Positions 11,590 through 26,150 of a DNA stretch of 52,228 nucleotides are shown here, piece by piece. Position 1 is the stretch's first letter. Each line of letters opens with the position of its first letter. The position numbers and the translations under genes were made by a program. A model generated the notes under the pieces. It saw only the letters and a list, made by a program, of their open reading frames with translations, was not told the DNA's origin and did not search any database. The DNA is from Folioceros fuciformis (taxonomy: Eukaryota): positions 62,001 through 114,228 of the forward strand of contig JBNGIO010005921.1 in the NCBI GenBank assembly GCA_049999805.1. The letters run 5' to 3'.

Positions 11590-12380
11590 GACTGTCGGCA
11601 CAACAGTTGTTTGCTAGAGTACCTATTTAGCAGCCGAGGGTGTGCATTGGGAAATTTTGACCCACAGTCTTCCCATTGCGTCCGTTGCTGTCCAGTCCCG
11701 TGTTTCTATTTCTCGTCTGGGTTGGTCACAGAGTGGGGCTTCTGTTGCACCAGAGACACACGCTCATGAGGAAGGATGGCTCACAACGCTATCTGACCAC
11801 GGGGATGTATGTATATGTCTTTTTAGCATTATCCAGTAATGCGCAGTCTGCTCAAGCCTGGCTCCGTCTTGTGATGGTGTTGACAACAATGGCACTGCCT
11901 GACCTCAATATATTTCTCTGACCTCTATATGTTTCTCTCACACCCTCGAGTCTTCCGCAGGCTTATAAACAGTTAAGGCGTTTCGCGTGGCCGACACAGT
12001 AGACTGCAACGGGATACCATGCGGATTACATGCCTTTGGGATGCACCTGCTTCACGCGCGGAACAAACGATGAGAGTCTCTCTTTGTCTCCCTGCCCTGA
12101 TCCGGGCGAAACTGTCGGGTGCGAAAATAAATGCGGCGGAAATCCGGCTTTCACGGACCATCGCGCCACGCTGGTCACCGGGTAACCCAAGTGTTTGCTG
12201 ACTGCAGATGTGCCAGTTTTGCCAACTTGGCCCTTCTTCAGCCGCGTGCTCTCTCTCCGCAGCTTGTTGCTTATACAGGGACTGTGTAAACCTCCATCTC
12301 GTAGCAATCTTCTCCCTGTTTCTTCCTTCTCGGTTCTCCTCCAACCTGCTCTCCAGCTTGTCGCAGCCAAACCGGCAGCC

Positions 12381-14411
<2,031 letters not shown>

Positions 14412-14650
14412 AGGGAGTTGGAATGCGTGTTGGGGTCGAAAGTTACCATACTCGCGCATCGGGTAATGAGCTGGCTCGGTCTTTGGCAAATGACTCGTTT
14501 GTTGGACAATCTGGCGAAAAGGGCACGTAAGCCGGGGCCCGGACCATACTGTTTTTCGAGAGAGACTGTTTCCCGTGAGCCTGTGAGGTAAGGGAGGCCC
14601 TTAAAAGAAACAAAAGTTTTGTTAAAAGTTGACGTTAACTTGCGACTTCT

Positions 14651-15512
14651 TCACGGTAAGTACAAATGAAGGCCGTTCGCTCCTACTGCGTCCACTAAAG
14701 TCTTGAGTTTACCTTCAAACTTCTCCTGCTTCCGGGGCTCATAAACCACCGCATAGACATCAGCCTCTATGGCTCTTTCAGCCAATTTCTCGGCCACCAC
14801 CTTACAAGCGCTGACATCACAGTAAGATTTAAGCCGTCCCCTAAACTCCTTGTTATTCGTGTTACACACGGCCACGACCCGACTCGTCACCCTGTGCATG
14901 ATGGATGCAGTAATAAATCTCTTAGAGAAATAAACGTCGAGCATGAAAGGCTGCATGAACTTCTCTGTGCGAAGTCTGAAGGATTTGTGGTGAGGTCTTT
15001 CCTTCTTCTTGGGACCCTTTCTCGGCGCTGCACTGTCTTTCTTGGAACCCCTAGCCAATGGTGCTGCTGTCTCCTTCATCCTGGAACCCCTCCCCCGTGC
15101 TGATCTCTCAGCACCTCTACCGGTGACAACATCATCCACTAACCAGTTCCCAAATCGCTCCTCATAGTAACTCGGTTCCTTCGTTCGAGCATTGTACTCT
15201 TCATTCTGCGCCAACACCAGGAATTTCCAAAAGCCATGAACGGTCAAAAATCCAAGCTAACCACGAACACGTATCCCTTCGTCAACGGAAGACAAGACCA
15301 TGCCCTACCCAGACGTCGCCATCCCCACTAGGATAGACACGGGGGGAGAGCGAGACTCGAGTCAGGGAAGCCAAGTGCCGAGATAGGGCCGCAATGCGAT
15401 GAAGCTGGGGAACGCTGGCGTATCCCGAATCCCATGGCTGCGAGCGGGCAGCATTGCTGTACCGGCGCGAGACTACGCCGACTAATTTCCCAAGCTCTCG
15501 GGCACCCTGCAT
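14651..15512 (-). CDS. Organellar (probably mitochondrial) uL18/L18p-like protein; exons 15512-15309 and 15205-14651
   Basis: PFMLDVYFSKRFITASIMHRVTSRVVAV..LAERAIEADVYAVVYEPRKQEKFEGKL is the plant uL18-like domain. Exon 1 is R/S-rich like a presequence and joins via a phase-0 GT-AG intron. Confidence 0.85.
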
Positions 15513-15737
15513 GTCTGCTGCTTAGGCGTGTAAGCAACGCGTAAAGCCGCACACAGACATCCCAGACACTCAAGCTGCAGTGTGGCACGGATTGAAGCAT
15601 CTGTCCCCATTAACCGAAAACTAACCCTACATTCGAAGACTGCTGACAGTCGTTGGATCGGGAAAACCTCATACACGGAAGTCATGAAGCCCGCAGCAAG
15701 AAGAATCACGAATTTCAGACAAAGGATTGTCAACCAC

Positions 15738-18700
15738 CTAACTAATATACAGGCCGCCGATAGGCATTTGACCAGACGTAGCGCTCACGGCCGCGTCAAC
15801 AAGTTCAAGACACCGATGAAGGACGCCCGATAAAAGATCCAGCTGAAGGCTAAGTTCCCCTACGGAGTCCCCTTTCTCTAAACCGAGCTGAAGCGAACCG
15901 AGGACTTCACGCAAGGGCAGCAGCCATTTTCGTCGTATTGCAGTGAGCTCATCTTTGCTGCGGATACCCGTGAAATTTGACTTCCCTACACCAAGCGCAG
16001 TCCACTCTAAGGTAAGAACAGGGGCTTAGGGGCACCGACGTGTCAAACCAGGCCATTAGACCGGGTGTTGTAAATAGGCACACCTGTTGTCTCTTTCAGA
16101 AGCAAACACCGGAGTACATTCAGAGCACTCATAATCTGCATGCCGCACTCAAAGTTGTTAGAGATAGGTGACAACTAGAATTCAAGCTCCCTCAACGGCA
16201 GGGACAAACCAGCTGACGAGCGACTCAAGAGGATCACGGAATATTACAGAATCTATGTAGCTTGGAGAACTCAATATCCCCTTTCCTGCAGACAGGAACA
16301 CATTCTCAAGCAATTCGAGAACTTCGTTGTTCACGAAGGGCGACAACTGAAGCACCGCTTCTCCACTTGCTGATGAACCCGGAGTTACCTCTCCTGGCCA
16401 CGACCGCAAGATTTCGTCCTTCAGAGTCGTTAACAACAAAGAGACCTGCAGGTAAAACAAGACGGTCTGAACTAGAATGCATGATATTGACGGCATAACT
16501 CATAGTCAATGACTCAGTATTTGTACCAAAAGGTAAGTGACAGAGCATCCACCAAGTACTTACCATGGACGGATATGGACTAGTAGCAATCAAAGATTTG
16601 AGAGCTTCGTATCTTGCCTGTTCAGGTAGCACTTCCTTTATTACCTGGTGACACAATGACATATGAATCCCATCAAGTGGGCAAGTGAGAAACATCCTTA
16701 GCCGAAGCCTGCGATGATCCGATACAAACACGATGGTACCTTTAGGAACACGGCGAAGGTTTGCTCTCGCAAATCTTGTTTGCCAGCAGTAACAATAGCA
16801 GATTGAAGCAACTGGGTGTCCAGAATCACAGAATGAGACACCAATTACATGAGGGACAATCCTTCCAGCAAAATCAGCTCATTAGTAACCTGCAAAGCTG
16901 GCATGACGTGGACAGTGATGGTTGACCAATCATCTTCTTCACTCTTACTCCACCTCACTTTTCTATCGTGAAGAAGGCTTTGCATTAGAGAAACACCCTT
17001 CTCTCCAAGCTGATCTGAAATTTCCTTTGTGTTTGACACGAACAGAGTACTAGCAAGATTGAAAGCTTCGAGGAAAGCATTCCCAGAAGACATCTGATCA
17101 GAGAGCACCAAGGATTCACCAAAAGCATCGGCCACTTCTTTATACTTGAGTCCCCAATACACTGCTCTGGCCCCAAATACACATGTTAACGCAAAGTTCA
17201 TGGCAACAGTACGTGACAACCAAGAAACAAACCAGCCCTCCTTCAGAACCAGTGTCAAGAGCCTTTCAAGCGTCACTTCGGAAAAAAATGAGAATAGAGC
17301 GGATTGAAGTACCAGCTAGAGCAGCTCCTCGTTTAGTCTCCAACACGTCATCAAAATCTGGGTGATCACCGTCTGGAGAACAGCACGGGACACTGTCAAG
17401 AAGATTGCACTTCTTGTCTCCTGGACTTGGAAGGTGAAAAGAAAATTACCATCCTGCTCTGTCATGTTCTCCGTGTTGCCATCTTCTGCAAATCCATCGC
17501 AACAGAAAAATTCAGCATCTATCCATTAGAAGACGAGTGAAGATCTGCACAGCTCGTGGCTGACTTACCATGGTATGAGTAAATCATATATAATATTTGA
17601 TTGCCTGCCAACAGTGTCGGGAACGAAAGCCCGCAAGTATGCAACAACCGTGACATTTCAACTAATAGATTCAGTGCTCTTGGGGATGGCACAGAAAACT
17701 TGACACCACTGGATGCAATGCCCTGCAGATATGAGGGCACCAGCAATTACGCTTACAGACTGCAGGCAGAGCATCTTCTACCACATCACCTGGAAAATTT
17801 GAATGGGAGAATGGAGCAACCTCCAAGGGAAAAGGAAGCAGACCAGAAGTTGCAAAACAAATAGCCCAAGCGTGTTGTGAGCCCGTTGCAGCTGTTCTTC
17901 GCCCTGCTCATCAAAACTCGCGACCTCAGTCTCCAGGTCTCTCACACGGGAGCATCAGAGCACTCCAGAATACTACAGCAAGAAACCTGAAGACGCGCCT
18001 CAGGAGAGGGTCACTTACTCTCAAACCTCTCGAGTATCCTTCTTGTATAATTTGCGCAAGCAGCACATACTCCTTGATGAACTCTATTTCTCCTTCATCA
18101 ATCTCCTCCAACAGTTTTAGGTCTTTCCCTTTCTCGAGCACCTTCTCCCTCCCAAGAGCCAGGCTACCCATTTGTGAAATTGCCATTAACTGATCTAGCT
18201 GCAGTACTGCATGCTTAGCAACTCTCAAGAGACCTTGCATGACATCTCGGAAGTAGTCAATGTGCCGCTTCTGTACTCGAGAGAACACTACGTATACATC
18301 ACACCAGACATACGGCAACATGAGCACAGGCGTGTCACACATGTCCCATACGACCGATACATCAGCCCGCAAAGAATCCAGAAACAGCGTTGACAAGCAC
18401 TTACCGATGCCCAACCCGTGTATGATCGAGCGACAAAAGAAGACGTTCTGAAGAGATGCGTCCATGTTGATTGCCTGAAGTAAACAGACACCCATGTCCT
18501 CCAGCATTGTCACAGCCGTCAACAGCCGGTTTCGAATTCCCACAATTTTCCAGCTTCCCACTCCACATTCTTACACAACCATACCTCCATAAACAGAACC
18601 AGGAGTTCCCGAGGGCTGCTTGTACTCGCCAACCCATCAATTATGGCCGCTGATAATTCCCTACAACGATCAGATATCCGGCTGTAGCTCACCAGCACCT

Positions 18701-19327
18701 GAGGCAATTCCCATCCAATCCGCTCAAGAAGAATCTGCACGCAACACCGTCTCATCATCGGCAATCCACCGAGACAAAGCAGCAAGTAACAACCAGGAGG
18801 TAGCGACTCCAACCTGCCCGTCAGTGGAGGAGGGATCGAGTAGAGTCTGGCACAGCTGCAGCAGGCCTTCACATTGTTCCCGCTTCTCAGGCACCATGTC
18901 GTCCAAGTCTTCTATTTGCTCCCCGGGCANNNNNNNNNNNNNNNNNNNNNNNNNNNNNNNNNNNNNNNNNNNNNNNNNNNNNNNNNNNNNNNNNNNNNNN
19001 NNNNNNNNNNNNNNNNNNNNNNNNNNNNNCTTCTCAGGCACCATGTCGTCCAAGTCTTCTATTTGCTCCCCGGGCACGGGAGTCCCCAGAATATTGATGA
19101 ACTCCATAGCCGCTGCAGCAGATTCCTCGCACTCCACAACCTGGAATCCCCCACCACACCCCCATCAGCTCCACGCACTGCCCCCCTCCCCCGAAACCCC
19201 CACACTCAATCTCAACAACCCCATCCTCCTCCCACAAGCAGCACCAGACACCACAACCCCGGCCCCTCACCTGCTTGCAGCAACATTCTGCAGCTGCCTG
19301 CAGTCTATCTGCGAGAGAAGAAGCCAT
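15738..19327 (-). CDS. ALF4: ABERRANT LATERAL ROOT FORMATION 4 / glomulin-like cullin-RING ligase regulator (multi-exon)
   Basis: Exon peptides IGWELPQVL..SSPRELL, RVQKRHIDY, ARYEALKSLIATSPYPSM, IMSALNVLRCLLL, GKSNFTGI..KWLLPLRE..VLHRCLELVD match the ALF4 layout. Stop TAG at 15738-15740. The gene spans an N-gap. Confidence 0.85.
18883..19076. other. Assembly gap with a 47-bp duplicated flank (uncollapsed overlap)
   Basis: 18883-18929 is identical to 19030-19076 on either side of 100 Ns. Confidence 0.85.
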
Positions 19328-20122
19328 GACAGCCACAAGCTCTAAACCCGGAGCAGAGGCACGTAAGTATCAGCCTTGATGATGTTTCCCACTGGATGCG
19401 GCCTCATTCCTGCAGAATTTCGGAGCCCCAAGAAGAATTCTGTTTCGGGCCTGGTCAGGATTGCAGCTGCCCGCTCGGATCAGACAGTGAGCTCCAAGTC
19501 GCAATTCGGCCCAGGCTCACGTTACCCAGAGCCGAGGGCTTTCAGCTGCATCTCAGAGGAGGGGGTGTTTTCCTTCTGCGCGCCGGTCGGTTTCAGGCGT
19601 ACGGGACAAACCGAGATCGCGTGGATTGCGTGATGGGACCAAAGCTGTGGAAAATCGATTTGAGGTCGCGGGCCATCAGAGGCAGCCAACGCCCACACTC
19701 GGGCCCATCCGGGATGTGCAGATGTGGGCCTGGTGAGTGGCCCCGCTGCACCATAAAAAGATTTATTAGGGCTGTGACGGATGCCTGACATACGCAATAA
19801 CCGGACGGTCGGACCCATTGGAAGCGAGTGGGTGTGGTGTGGTTGTACTGGTCGCCTTATTACCTTTTGCACATGATATTTGTGCGAGCTTATTCACACC
19901 CATGATTTAGGTGGGGAGTTAGGTCACTCTCTTACCTCCCTCCTCGGATTCTTCCTCCTTGTCCTTTGCCACCTACAAGCAAGCTGAGCTCATTGTGGCT
20001 TCCGCTAAAAAGTTTGCACCTACCTAGTACTTGAAATGAGTGAAAGACTTTGATACTTTAAGGTAAATATATGATTACATGTCACAAATAAATCGATTTG
20101 AAACTATTCATGTTCTTACTAG

Positions 20123-20683
20123 CACACTCTCCGTCTTCTTACACCCACACTCTCCCGTCTTCTCGATCACCCACACTCTCCCGTCTTCNNNNNNNNNNNN
20201 NNNNNNNNNNNNNNNNNNNNNNNNNNNNNNNNNNNNNNNNNNNNNNNNNNNNNNNNNNNNNNNNNNNNNNNNNNNNNNNNNNNNNNNNTCTCGATCACCC
20301 ACTCTCTCCCGTCTTCTCTATCACCCACACTCTCCCGTCTTCTCGATCACCAACTCTCTACCGTCTTCTCGATCACCCACACTCTCCCTTCTTCTCGGTC
20401 ACCCACACTCTCCCGTCTTCTCGATCACCCAAACTCTCCCGTCTTCTCGATCCCCCACACTCTCCCGTCTTCTCAATCTCCCACACTCTCCCGTCTTCTC
20501 TATCTCCCACACTCTCCCGTCTCCTCTGTCACCCAAGCTCTCGTCTTCTTGCACCCACACTCTCCCGTCTTCTCGATCACCCAAACTCTCGTCTTCTTGC
20601 ACCCACACTCTCCCGTCTTCGCCGTCTCCCAGACTCTTCCGTCCTCTCTATCACCCGCACTCTCCCGTCTTCTTGCGCCCACA
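20123..20683. repeat. 26-bp pyrimidine-rich tandem minisatellite (ACCCACACTCTCCCGTCTTCTCGATC), interrupted by an N-gap
   Basis: Period 26 (e.g. 20143, 20169), degenerating toward the 3' end. It produces the low-complexity ORFs 20079..20718. Confidence 0.92.
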
Positions 20684-21629
20684 CTTAGCAGTACATAAGC
20701 AGGACTGACCGTAGGCACTACGATATCAAAGCATTAGCGAAAACGGTCTGGCGTTTAAACAACGGTGCGATTCAATGGAATGACATCAACCTGGATTCGT
20801 CGTGTCCACTACTCAGGGCTTACTTGAGCTGGTAGAGCTGATACAGATGTTTATCGCTTGGAAGTACACGGGAATGATTTTGAAGATGCCCTGGCCAGAA
20901 CTGTACTGGCCTAGTACTACTAAATCCCTGTAGTCTGACAGACGCAATTCATATGATCCATCCATGGGCCCAAAGGTCAGAACTTGAAGAACAATGCTCG
21001 ACACACACCCACTTCTTTCTTGATGCCAGGCAGTAAACTTCATTGTCTAGGAAGCTAAGTGTACCGGGGCCGGAGGAACCCATCAGAAACGCAGACGGAC
21101 TGCCAACGCCTCTTGTGGTTTCCCTTGGTATCTGGAAACAGCATGTGCACATACGATGCGGACGAAAGCTGCATAGGTTCGGGTATAAGCATGCGCACCC
21201 TCCGCGGAAAAGCGCTTGTGCCTGTTCGAACCTCTCGAGGTCTGGGTTTCCATTCCAAATGCAACCATTAAGACTTGCCTTCATTTAACATAAAAGAAAT
21301 GGATGCCATCCCGTTCCTCCTACTTTACATGGGCCACCACTCAGCTCATTCGGTCCCCCTTCATACTTGGGTGACACAATCTACTTACACCACCCTCAGC
21401 TAACAAATGATCATAACCTCCAGATGCTCGCAGTTGTGCATGAGGGCCAAAACCTAGAAGCAGGAGATTGCAACCCAATGTTTTCGAGGGTAGCACTCCC
21501 ATCACGTGGCCCCACGTTAGTGCCTCTAAAAGTCGGATGCTCCTTGACCCAAAGAGTGGCAGTTCCTTGCTTGCACAGACCATCATCTGTGGACAGCACC
21601 GTCTTGCTACTGTAGGGCTCACGAGGACC

Positions 21630-23747
21630 CTAGCCACAAGGAGTCAACTTTTTGTTCCCTGCTCCCTTCGGATGCTCATCTTTCCAATCGTCCCATGCTC
21701 TAGCTTTATACTCCGCAGCCTCATCATCACTGTCATTGTCCTTCTTCTCGTCAACCCAGGAGGAATTAGCCTCTCTCGCAAGCTTTGCATTCCTCTCATT
21801 CCATTTATTCATAATTGCCATTTCCCTCTCGCCAGCCTGTTCAATGCTCATGCTTGGGAGACTGCACAAGACCCAATTTCGTGGATCCGTGTTACAACTC
21901 ACACAGTCATTCTCGTTTAGGCTTCAGCAGTCAAAATACTTGCACAGACAATGAAGCGGAGATTTGCAACAAAGCCTAATATTTCGCACCTGTGGCTTGG
22001 TTGGAAAACCTGAGCAACAAGCCTTTCTCGTTCGGTGGTGATGTTCCCTGTGACCATACTTGCTGGACCGAAAACGGGCACCCTATCATGACTGTGCCCT
22101 CCCTGAAGACTTGCTCGGCCTTCAATTACATCCTGAGCAAACGTGGCACATGAGATAGGTTGGGCGGGCTTCGATTTTGCTTTGCTGGCTTCTCTGTGCC
22201 ATGTCTCAGCTCTTGCCAGTCTCTCATCAAGAACAGCTTTGGAAATCAGCTCCTGCATCGATGACCATGCCAAACAGTGAGTCCAAAGATACAAAGCAGC
22301 ACACAAGGAGCTCAGTAAGCCAAGTCAAACGAAATCAGGAAGGCAAACTGTGTCCACCCAACCTCTCCACTGGCTTGTACAGCTGCAAGCATACCCCTTT
22401 CTCTTTGAAGCGTTTCAAGTAGATCCAAAGCCTGAATACGAGATAAGGAACATAGCGAGCAACAAGCACTAAGAAAAAAATAAAATGAAAAAAGATCCGG
22501 ATTCTTTTCAACTGCTGTACCTCGAAAGGATAATCGTTGTACAAACCTTATAAAGTGATAATGAAATCTGCATTAACCATGCCTGCAGCCCAGAATCGAC
22601 GCAGGTGTGAGCAATATGGTACACAACCACACCAAACATAGGGGAACAAGAGAAATCTTGGTCTTTTCTGGTACATGCCTCCCTATCTTCTTCCTCATCT
22701 TCGTATACCGAATCATCTTCTCCAAGTTCAGCTGCAGATGTCTTTGTAGCAGCTTGTGTGGAGCGCCTGCGACGTTCCTTTCTTTGCCTTACTTCTTGCA
22801 ACTTCGCTTCTGCTTCTCGCTGCCGTCTGAACCTAGCAATCTATCCAAAAAAGAAAACTAAGTCACCACTGCATGGATGTGTTGCATGCTTGATCTGACC
22901 ATATGCGTAATACACAGTATGAGACTCAGTACAGAGTTGAACACCTTCTCTGCTCTTCGAGTTTCTGCATCAAGAGGCACCTCTCGGGACAGTGATTGCA
23001 ACTCCCTCTCAGGCAGAAATCCAAACCTTCCGCCGGACATAAGAAAGGTCTGAAACGCGACACAACTCGCTATCAATGCTGCTGCCACAAAGGAGGGGTA
23101 CGCGATCGTAAACCATACCAGCGAGCAAAGCCGGGACTGCTGGCATGGGTGCTTTTTATCGAATTTAGTTCAACAAGAGAATTATAAGCAGTCGCCAGCA
23201 CTCACCAACAAGTGTCCTTGGACGATTTCGATAACTTGAAGCCTGTCAACGCTGGGTAATCTTTCAGAGACCTCTGCCAAGTAGAAAGGAACCTAAGCAA
23301 CAGAACGACGGCATCAGCTCCTCAGTTCCAATCTCAAAGCTGTTGCATTAGAAATCCAGAGCCGAAACTTACCAGCAAATACTTCAGGTCAGTGGTGCTG
23401 ATGTCTTCCTTCTCCTCGTTCGGGGAGAAGACGCCAAGCTTCCCCACTAAATCGTGGCACCGCTGTAACAGCGACACAGCCCTGTCTATCTCCTCCTGCA
23501 TCATCACAGCGACACGAGAGAAGCACCAATTTCGATTCAACCCCGGTCCGTCTCATTAACAGGTGCGCACAAGCTGAATCGAATCACAGGTCACGGTCTT
23601 GCAACAGAGAGAATCCCTTACAGAGCTCAATCCAGACGAATCCAAACGCGAGCACAATTCCAGGGCCTGTTGGAAGAGGAAAGGAAGAGACTCGTCTTCA
23701 TTAACTTCATGCTGCAACCTGGAAGTCGCAGTCGACGCCGATGCCAT
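21630..23747 (-). CDS. TAP46: PP2A regulatory subunit TAP46 (TAP42/alpha4 family), multi-exon
   Basis: LGVFSPNEEKEDISTTDLKYLLV, EEEDRE|AWLMQISL, PISCATFAQDVIEGRA, ERERLVAQVFQPSHR, YKARAWDDWKDEHPKGAGNKKLTPCG*. Confidence 0.96.
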
Positions 23748-24032
23748 TGCTCCACTTGAATCCTGGCGCTAAAAGCAGCGCATCCCGCACACGAGAAGTG
23801 ACACGAAAATGGTTACCTTGACCGTGGTCAAGTTAGCTGCTAGGGTTCAGGGCTTTAAATAACCAAGGAATTGCGATCTAGAAGTTTTAGCATTCATACT
23901 GCGTTCTCAAAGCAACCTAACCCGCACAGGGTCGAATTTACTGAACTCGCTTTGACTTGAGGAACTCCCACGGCTGCATTCCAGTGTGATGTAACGCAGG
24001 TTTCGTGAATATTGAAGAAGCAATTCTGCGTC
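23748..24032. promoter_or_regulatory. Putative bidirectional promoter (285 bp) between head-to-head TAP46 and TLDc genes
   Basis: Start codons at 23747(-) and 24033(+). Telo-box-like TAGGGTT at 23841 and AACCTAA at ~23914. Confidence 0.5.
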
Positions 24033-26150
24033 ATGGGGAACAAACAGAGTCAAGGTCCTGTTTCCAGTGCAGAATTCGTGTCTTTGTCACGGTACGTCCT
24101 GGTTTAATTCGTTTTCTGTTTCCCTTTAAATGCCTTCGGTTTGACGCACCAGTTGATCTAAGGTGTTCCTCATGTCCAGGCGGTTCACATCAAGTGAGCT
24201 TGAGGATCTGAAGCGGCTCTTCTCGTCGCTAGCGCTACAGTCTCGGAGTGATGGCCAACATGTGATAGCATCTGTCTTCCAGGTTAATTTTTACCGTCCT
24301 TTCCTGGGGAGGCAGATTTTATGCCTATGCAAATTTCGGACGACGAGGCAAGTTAGGGATGTGGAAATTCCATCCATGACCCGGGATTTTCCTTGTCTTT
24401 GTTGTTGGTGTAATCGTTCATCGAATTGGCTCCATTTGCAGGCCTATTTTGGCATACACGGTGCCCTTGGGGCCAGGTTGTTTGATGTAGTTACTCAAGT
24501 GCGGAAGGATCAATGCTTGTTTTTCGAGGATCTTGTAATAGCGAAGGTGAGGATCCTTATCAGATTTAGCCCTCTGCAGGCAAGGCGAACATTCGTTGGG
24601 CTATGAGTTTGGAGGCTCTGGGTTGCTCCTTAGGACATCCAGAGGCTTTATGCTCGTTATATTGTTGTTGCAGGTGTGACTCAGCCTTGACAGCAGGTGC
24701 ATTTTGGAAGTGCAGGCAAAGTATGAGAAAGGCTCACCTGATGAGGTTGAGAGCTTCACGTACCAGCTTCTAGACTTGACTGGCGATGGAGACGTGCAGA
24801 GGTCAGATTCTTGCTTGGATAGTGTTGATCGATGCGATTTCCATGTAGCTGTGGGAAGCTTGTCTGCCATCATGTTAAACATTCTCATACATACCTAAAA
24901 CAGGGGCGAAGTCGAATCGGTTGTGCTCTCGATTTTGGAGACTGTTCTTGGTCCGAGTGAGGCAGTCGTGGGGGACTCTCTGTCAGAACAGAGTCTACAG
25001 GGATTTGTGAATGCTTCTACTTATTCCGGTGAAGCTGGAAAGGATGGTGAGATATGCATGACGATAGAGGATTTCCGCAAATGGTGCGTTTTGGTTCCAG
25101 CCGTGAAGAGATTTCTCGGTACCCTGTTGACGACTCCATCAGCAGGTTTCCCCTGTCTCCTGTCCTGGTATGGCACCTTCTGTTGTGTTACTGCAGCACA
25201 GCCCACTAACCTGTTGATGTCTTTGTGGTGTGTTCCTCAGGAATGTTTGGTCGGAAAGTCCCGACGTTGCTGAAGCCAGATAGCCTGGAGACTAGTACTG
25301 TACTTTTGAAGCGGGAGCATGCATGGCATCTCTCCGGCGTGCTTCAACTTCAAGAGGCAGAGGAATGGTTGCTCTGCTACAACAGTTCTGTAAACGGGAT
25401 GAGCTTAACCAGCCTCTTGAGCTGCATGTCGTGAGTAGCTAACTCTCCACACGTCGATTGGCCTTCTTCTTTTTTCTGCATGGTGAAGAAGAAGGAGAAG
25501 AAGAAAACGGTGGCTTTCTGTAGCGCTCAGGAGGCCATTCCATCGGGATCATTTCCGTCCCCTCTTTTTGAATGCAGAGCGGTTAAGGGACCTTCCGTGC
25601 TAGTAGTGAGGGACGAGAATGGAGCTGTCTTCGGAGGGTATGCGAGCCAAGCATGGGACAAGAACAGCGAGTTCTACGGAGACATGAAGTCCTTCCTCTT
25701 CACGCTACAGCCAGTGAGCTGCATCTACCGTCCCTCAGGATCCAACTCCAATATGCAGTGGGTGAGACGAATGAGCATCAACAGAGGTAGGAGCTGCTGT
25801 GCAAGGAATCACCAACTGAAAGGAAGGTGTGTGTTGTGTCACAGTGTGCCGTGAACTTCGCTTCGGAGAGCATCCCAAACGGAATCGGCTTCGGTGGGCA
25901 AGTACACCACTTCGGGCTCTTCCTTACAGCCAGTTTGGAGAACGGGCACACCCACCACTCCGTGACATACAACAACCCACCCCTTGCAGGGAAGGCAGAC
26001 ATCGTTCCCAACGCAATCGAATGCTGGGCTGTGTTAAGCGAGGTGAAGAAGGAAGGGGAGGATGGAGCTTTGAAGGGTACCATTCTGGAGAGATTCAAAG
26101 AGGAGCGAAACTTTCTTAAGCTTGTGGACATGGCCAACTCCAGTCACTAA
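24033..26150 (+). CDS. N-myristoylation-motif, EF-hand + TLDc domain protein (MEAK7/TLDC1-like), multi-exon
   Basis: MGNKQS start; FTSSELEDLKRLFSSLA; EF-like LDLTGDGDVQRGE; TLDc motifs WLLCYNSSVNGMS, GAVFGGYASQAW, FYGDMKSFLF, IPNGIGFGG, IECWAV. Confidence 0.92.

Noticed and set aside
18883..19076. Exon duplication in ALF4
   Set aside because: The identical 47-bp copies flank a standard 100-N gap, typical of an unmerged contig overlap.
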